From contig CAYPLH010000011.1 of NCBI GenBank assembly GCA_964411505.1, positions 11,929-75,928 on the forward strand: 64,000 nucleotides of DNA, in the 5' to 3' direction. The notes below the pieces were generated by a model. The model ran no database searches, was not told the DNA's origin, and saw only the letters and a program-made list of their open reading frames with translations. Below are positions 58,928 through 64,000 of this stretch, in pieces (position 1 is the stretch's first letter; each line of letters starts with the position of its first letter). This DNA comes from an uncultured Clostridiaceae bacterium (GTDB lineage Bacteria; Bacillota; Clostridia; CAYPLH01; DUMO01). The translations under genes and the position numbers were made by a program.

Positions 58928-59530
58928 TCATCCACCGAACTTTCTAACCTATAAATTCCTCCCCCACATCTAGATAAAAGCTTGTCTATTATCTATAGAT
59001 ATTTGTTCGACATTTTTATTAATAATCCTTCTTTTTTATAAAAAATAAATTATGAAATAAAATTTTATTATTGTTTTAGAACTTACCATTAAGTGAGTTA
59101 CTGTTAAGGGGTGAGAAATCTTATGCGAATATTTTTGTTGTGTCAGTTGGTCAATTGAAAAGGTAGAAAAATTGAGTGATCAAGGGGTTGAAGAACTGTG
59201 GCTGGTAAACATTTGGTGTTGAACATATACAAGCTTTGTGGTAGTATTTTATGTGTTCACGCGGGTTAACTTGATTCGTCTTATAAAAATATATTAAAAG
59301 TCTGACGGCACAATTGTTCCGCTCGCTTTTAGGCGAATGCCCCGCTCAACACCATTATTTTGCTTATTTAATATGATAATATATTTATGAATCTCTACAC
59401 ATAAGATAGAACGTAATAATTCTATACAATATGCCTATTAACTAGAAGCTTTGTGCTCTTTAAAAATCGTATTGAAGAATTAAAGACGTTCCATATAGAT
59501 ATTTTTTTTGGGAAAAAGGGGACGTGAGGG

Positions 59531-59806
59531 ATGCAAGCAAATTTAAAACAAAGCATCAAAAAGATTGTGTTGGAGCTAAGTAAACTTGGTACTTTGCCCA
59601 AATCTATAATAAAATACGGAGCGTGGATATTTCTGGGAGTCTTTGCTTTTGGAACTCTGCTCATAGTACTTAACCGGACAGTATATAGTTATGATTTATA
59701 TTACGAATTTCTGGCAATCAACATCATAAAAGCGAGCTTTACATTGCTAGCTGAAGCAGTCATTGGAGGAATTCTAATAGACTTTTTCATGAAAAAGCTA
59801 TCATGA
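59531..59806 (+). CDS. possible small membrane protein (91 aa)
   Basis: Two predicted TM helices (GAWIFLGVFAFGTLLIVL; LLAEAVIGGILIDFF). The purine-rich upstream sequence is only a weak RBS. Confidence 0.45.
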   Translation: MQANLKQSIKKIVLELSKLGTLPKSIIKYGAWIFLGVFAFGTLLIVLNRTVYSYDLYYEFLAINIIKASFTLLAEAVIGGILIDFFMKKLS

Positions 59807-59834
59807 TTTTTTTGTAAAATCTTTATAACGCGCT

Positions 59835-59892
59835 GAAAAAGGTGGCTTCGCCACTTTTTAAAGAATCCCGGAGAACTTGTCCTCCGGGATTT
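59835..59892. terminator. double hairpin (first hairpin is a module of the five-hairpin repeat family)
   Basis: GAAAAAGGTGGCTTCGCCACTTTTT then AATCCCGGAGAACTTGTCCTCCGGGATT. It lies between convergent genes. Confidence 0.6.
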
Positions 59893-59985
59893 ACTTAGTG
59901 TATCAAGTCTCGAACATACCTGAAATTTTGGAAGATTCAATTCTGCCAAAATGCAATTTATATAGAAGCGATACTTTTTGTTATG

Positions 59986-60924
59986 TTATGCTCTTTTCTC
60001 AACAACCTTATGCTGCTGTCTTTCTTTCCATAACACCCACAGTGGACCTGAAATAAATACAGAAGAATAGACGCCACTTATAATACCTATTATTAGTGGT
60101 AGAATAAATTCCTTTATTGACTGTATGTTGTAATAATAAGCAAATATATAAACAGCTAGGACACATAAAAGTGTAGTAACAGCAGTGTTAACTGTTCTTC
60201 CCATAGTCTGATTAATGCTTGTATTTACAAGTTCAGCTGTTGACGCTTTCCTTAATAGTTTGCTGTTTTCCCTTATACGATCATAAATAACAATTGTACC
60301 ATTTATTGAGTATCCAAGTATGGTTAGTATTGCTGCTATGAATGACTCATTCAGAGGAAATTTAAATATAACGTAGAAGGTAAACATAACCATTAAGTCA
60401 TGGAATAATGAAATAACAGCGGTTATTGCCGCAGATAGGTTCATTACACGAAATCTCCACCAGATATAAAGTATAATAAGAAGTGAAGCATATAAAGCAG
60501 CTATAGCTCCTTTATTTCTCAATTCCCTTCCTATAAATGGTTCAACGCTTTGCATCTCTATCCCAGCGTCGAATCCAATATTAAATTCCTTTCTCAAAGC
60601 ATCAACTGCTTCTGTTCTTTCTTCATCTGTCAATGTTTCCGAACTGGCTATCCTTAGCTGAAGCAGGTATATAGTCTGATTGTCTTCAGCATTTATAGTC
60701 TGTAATTTTTGTGCAGTAGCTGTCTTGTTTACAGCTTCATAAAAAACCTCTTCTGCTCTTGAAGTTTCAAAGTCTCCATCGTTCATTTCAATCTGCATCA
60801 GTGTTCCGCCCTCAAACTGGATATCCAACTGAATCCCATTTATGAGTAATCCTGCTATTCCAGCAAACATAATTAAAATAGAAAGTATAAAAAACCATTT
60901 TCTTTTTCCTATAAAATCAAACAT
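59986..60924 (-). CDS. secF: protein translocase subunit SecF
   Basis: SecF-length 6-TM protein with GLDFTGG-like FEGGTLMQ and YDRIRE motifs, directly downstream of secD. Confidence 0.9.
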   Translation of the reverse strand: MFDFIGKRKWFFILSILIMFAGIAGLLINGIQLDIQFEGGTLMQIEMNDGDFETSRAEEVFYEAVNKTATAQKLQTINAEDNQTIYLLQLRIASSETLTDEERTEAVDALRKEFNIGFDAGIEMQSVEPFIGRELRNKGAIAALYASLLIILYIWWRFRVMNLSAAITAVISLFHDLMVMFTFYVIFKFPLNESFIAAILTILGYSINGTIVIYDRIRENSKLLRKASTAELVNTSINQTMGRTVNTAVTTLLCVLAVYIFAYYYNIQSIKEFILPLIIGIISGVYSSVFISGPLWVLWKERQQHKVVEKRA

Positions 60925-60936
60925 TCCAGCACCTCC

Positions 60937-62220
60937 TTATGCTCCGTACAGCCATTTGTTTTTTGCAATCTGCATATTCCCAACCGATTTTGTCATAGTC
61001 CTTGACGCAGCTACGGCAGTCAAAAAGCTTAGGGTTACTCCCAAAAACAATGTGACCGCAAAACCTTTAATAGGTCCGGTGCCGAACATATATAAGATAG
61101 CAGCAGCTATCAAAGTTGTGAGATTACCGTCTAATATAGCCGTCAATGCTCTTTTAAAGCCGCGATCTACAGCTGCCCCCAAAGTTTTACCACTTCTTAA
61201 TTCTTCCAATATCCTTTCGTTTATGATTACGTTGGCATCAACACCTGTGCCAATTGAAAGAATAATACCTGCTATACCCGGTAAAGTTAGTGTAATACCA
61301 AACCATGATATTAAAAGAAGCTGACCTGCAACCAACCCTAAAAGTGCAATACTTGCAATAAGCCCCGGGAGTCTGTAGTACAAGGACATATATAAAAATA
61401 CAAGAATTAATGAAACAATACCTGCAGTCACAATCACACTTAAAGCATTTTCACCAAGTGAAGGGCTTATGGAATTAACCTGTTTAGCTTCAAGACTAAA
61501 AGGAAGAGCACCAGATTTAATAATTGAAGCCAAATCTCCAGCTTCTTGAGGAGTAAAATATCCTTGTATTACTGCGCTTCCGCCTGTAATTTTTTGAGAA
61601 ACGGTAGGTGCTGAAATAAATTGATCATCCATAAATATGGCAATTCTTTGATTGACAAGCCTTCCAGTACCTTCTTCAAATTTAATTGCACCTTCTTCGC
61701 TTAAATCAAGGGCCACAACCATCCGACCTGTTTCAGGATCTTTTACTACACCTGTATCTTCAACATCAGTACCTTGTATAACAATCCTTCCTGTAGGCAA
61801 GAAGACGCCCCTCTCATCTACTTTCGTTTCATCTACTTCCTGGAATGTAAGAAGAGCGGTTTTTCCTATATCATCTATAGTAGCCTGAGGATTAAAATCC
61901 GTTTCTCCTTTGCCCCATGGTATAGATACAATAATCCTTCCATTTTGGGGTTCTGTAGTGAGTTCTCTGTCATAAATCTGTTTCGCATCTAACCTTTTTC
62001 CAATTATTGTTTTGGCAATTTCCAGCTCCTCTTTTGAAGGGTTTTCTGTATCAGGATACAAAACAGCATTAACACCGCCTTTGATATCAGTACCATACCT
62101 TATGCCTTCTACCCCTAGTATTTCAAATCCGAAGAGGTTTAATCCATTTACAGCCAAATAACTTAAAAATAAAATAACTATAACTGTAACAATGAAACCA
62201 AGGCCTTTATTGCTTCTCAT
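60937..62220 (-). CDS. secD: protein translocase subunit SecD
   Basis: Motifs LGLDLKGG-like GTDIKGGV, GITLTLPGIAGIILSIGTGVDANVII. ATG 62220 follows AAGGAGG. Confidence 0.9.
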   Translation of the reverse strand: MRSNKGLGFIVTVIVILFLSYLAVNGLNLFGFEILGVEGIRYGTDIKGGVNAVLYPDTENPSKEELEIAKTIIGKRLDAKQIYDRELTTEPQNGRIIVSIPWGKGETDFNPQATIDDIGKTALLTFQEVDETKVDERGVFLPTGRIVIQGTDVEDTGVVKDPETGRMVVALDLSEEGAIKFEEGTGRLVNQRIAIFMDDQFISAPTVSQKITGGSAVIQGYFTPQEAGDLASIIKSGALPFSLEAKQVNSISPSLGENALSVIVTAGIVSLILVFLYMSLYYRLPGLIASIALLGLVAGQLLLISWFGITLTLPGIAGIILSIGTGVDANVIINERILEELRSGKTLGAAVDRGFKRALTAILDGNLTTLIAAAILYMFGTGPIKGFAVTLFLGVTLSFLTAVAASRTMTKSVGNMQIAKNKWLYGA

Positions 62221-62350
62221 AAGCGAGTTTCCTCCTTTTCTTGTTAACCACATGAAAGTATTATATACTTTGGAAAATTTAACGTCAATACATCATCGGT
62301 TTACTTTAAATACACTTTATTTGATTAGGCATTACACATATAATGATTAA

Positions 62351-62884
62351 TCAGTATTCCCAGTCACTAACACGGCATTTAAGATATTCTCCTGCAAGCT
62401 TAATATATTCATGGGCTCCATTTTTTATATTTTCAATTTCTTTTACAGTGAGCCTTCTCATAACTTTTCCCGGACTTCCTATAACTAGTGATTCATCGGG
62501 TATAACAGTATTAGGAGTTATAACAGCTCCTGCAGCTATAAGGCAATACTTCCCTATTTTTGCGCCATCAAGTATAACTGCTCCCATGCCTACAAGACTG
62601 AAATCATCCACGCTACAGCTGTTCAAAACAGCTCCATGACCTATAGTCACATAATTCCCAACAGTTATTCCCACATCTAAAGAGCAATGCAACACACATC
62701 CATTCTGCAAGTTAGAGCTCTCGCCAATACTAATTCTTGCAATGTCTCCACAAAGAACCGCATTATATAACACACTCGAATTCTTGCCGATATCCACATT
62801 ACCGCTAATTCTACATCCGGGAGCAATATAGCATGTCCCATCAATTTGTAAAAAGTTCCTCTCAAGATCCTTAATAAGCATCAA
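62351..62884 (-). CDS. gamma-class carbonic anhydrase-like hexapeptide-repeat protein
   Basis: Left-handed beta-helix repeats with the conserved IGxxxxIQDGxVLH and GHGAVL motifs. Confidence 0.85.
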   Translation of the reverse strand: MMLIKDLERNFLQIDGTCYIAPGCRISGNVDIGKNSSVLYNAVLCGDIARISIGESSNLQNGCVLHCSLDVGITVGNYVTIGHGAVLNSCSVDDFSLVGMGAVILDGAKIGKYCLIAAGAVITPNTVIPDESLVIGSPGKVMRRLTVKEIENIKNGAHEYIKLAGEYLKCRVSDWEY

Positions 62885-62933
62885 AAATCCTCCCTTTTCA
62901 GTACCTGTCTGGTATACACAAAAAATTAAGCAC

Positions 62934-64000
62934 TTATCTTTGGGTCTTTATCCAAAGAGCGCACTCAAGCCTCTTTTTCTCTAGTTCGCACCCTATTTTA
63001 TATGGGGTATAAATATCACCATTAAATTGAAAAGCATTTGCCGCACATCCACCACTACAGTAAAAACGAGCCCAGCAATTCCTACATTCCTGCTTAGAAT
63101 AAATATTTAACTCTTTAAAGTTCTTACAGATTCTTTCATTTAATTCGCCATCCATGATATTTCCCAATTTAAACTCGGGATTTCCTACAAATTGGTGACA
63201 AGGGTAAACATCTCCCTCAGGTGTTACAGCCAGATATTCATTACCTGAACCGCATCCTTTCAGTCTTTTAGCAACACATGGACCTTGGCTTAAATCAATC
63301 ATAAAATGAAAAAAGTTAAAAAACTGTCCTTCTTTTCTCCTTCTTACATATTCTAATGCAAGCCTCTCATATTCTGCGCACACAGTAGGTACATCTTCTT
63401 CTCTTATATCAAATCCGCTGCCCTCTGCCGCTACAACAGGCTCTATTGAAATCTGTTCAAACCCTTCATCGGCAAGATGTAGAACATCCTTAGAAAAATC
63501 AAGATTTTTCCGTGTAAACGTGCCTCGCACATAGTAATTTTTCTGGTTTCTTGATTTTACTATGTCTTTTATAACAGGCAGTATTTTATCATAACAGCCT
63601 GTCCCATCACTACGAACTCTCATCTGGTCATTTGTATCTTTTCGCCCATCAATACTAAGAACAATATTGTAAAAATTCTTGTTGATAAACTCTCTGTCTT
63701 CTTTATTCAATAGCATACCATTAGTAGTTATGGTAAAACGAAAATTCTTAGCAGATTCTTTTTCTCTTTGTCTTGCGTACTCTACAACATTTCTGACAGT
63801 ATTGAAGTTTAGCATAGGCTCTCCGCCAAAAAAATCCACTTCAAGATTGACTCTTGAACCTGATTTTTCAATAAGATAATCAATGGCTTTTTTACCTATA
63901 TCCTCTGACATTATAGATCTTTCGCCGCCAAAATTACCAGTAGATGCAAAACAGTACCTACACCTTAAATTACAGTCATGAGATACATGAAGGCACATTG
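62934..64000 (-). CDS. radical SAM/SPASM peptide maturase, SCIFF-maturase (ScfB/CteB-like); N-terminus beyond the window
   Basis: CLHVSHDCNLRCRYCFA radical SAM cluster motif and a Cys-rich SPASM C-terminus (CVAKRLKGCGSG...CRNCWARFYCSGGCAANA). The frame stays open to position 64000. Confidence 0.8.
   Translation of the reverse strand, partial: MCLHVSHDCNLRCRYCFASTGNFGGERSIMSEDIGKKAIDYLIEKSGSRVNLEVDFFGGEPMLNFNTVRNVVEYARQREKESAKNFRFTITTNGMLLNKEDREFINKNFYNIVLSIDGRKDTNDQMRVRSDGTGCYDKILPVIKDIVKSRNQKNYYVRGTFTRKNLDFSKDVLHLADEGFEQISIEPVVAAEGSGFDIREEDVPTVCAEYERLALEYVRRRKEGQFFNFFHFMIDLSQGPCVAKRLKGCGSGNEYLAVTPEGDVYPCHQFVGNPEFKLGNIMDGELNERICKNFKELNIYSKQECRNCWARFYCSGGCAANAFQFNGDIYTPYKIGCELEKKRLECALWIKTQR

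Overview
AT-rich Firmicutes chromosomal segment, Clostridia-like. This is an inference from spoIIM, a gerA-type A-B-C germinant receptor operon, a SCIFF-type radical SAM maturase, and SLH-domain and glycan-active secreted proteins. Most of the window is core housekeeping: cysK and an O-acetylhomoserine sulfhydrylase, htpG, punA, ilvE, a MetH-like homocysteine methyltransferase, a DegS/DegU-like pair, deoB-xerD-spoIIM-nudix-proC, dnaG-sigA-trmK-nif3, RNase P RNA, secDF and five intact tRNAs (Thr-CGT, Trp-CCA, Pro-GGG, CAT, Asn-GTT). I found no complete recognisable defence or mobile system: no cas, restriction-modification, integrase, transposase or reverse transcriptase genes. The non-core signals are as follows. 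(1) A single type I-C-like CRISPR repeat at 11384-11415 sits directly behind an extended -10 promoter module and ahead of a 72-aa ORF, and the same promoter/hairpin module recurs at 39074-39163. (2) A tandem duplication or island accretion at tRNA-Trp (36961-39503) carries a 33-nt tRNA 3' fragment, a decayed DUF3102-like gene, two paralogous 103-aa coiled-coil proteins and a gene with an in-frame stop. It is followed by a 1085-aa propeller-lipase-SLH-CAP mosaic protein. (3) A modular five-hairpin intergenic repeat has two full inverted copies (763-913, 43373-43522) plus partial copies. (4) Several long foldback palindromes lie in intergenic DNA (619-702, 11978-12244, 15205-15345). (5) A perfect 19-1-19 palindrome with a Fur-box core lies beside a truncated zupT-like remnant. 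(6) A partial gene at the left edge may be DUF2220/JetD-like. All family assignments come from reading the translations and nucleotide motifs, and no database search was possible.
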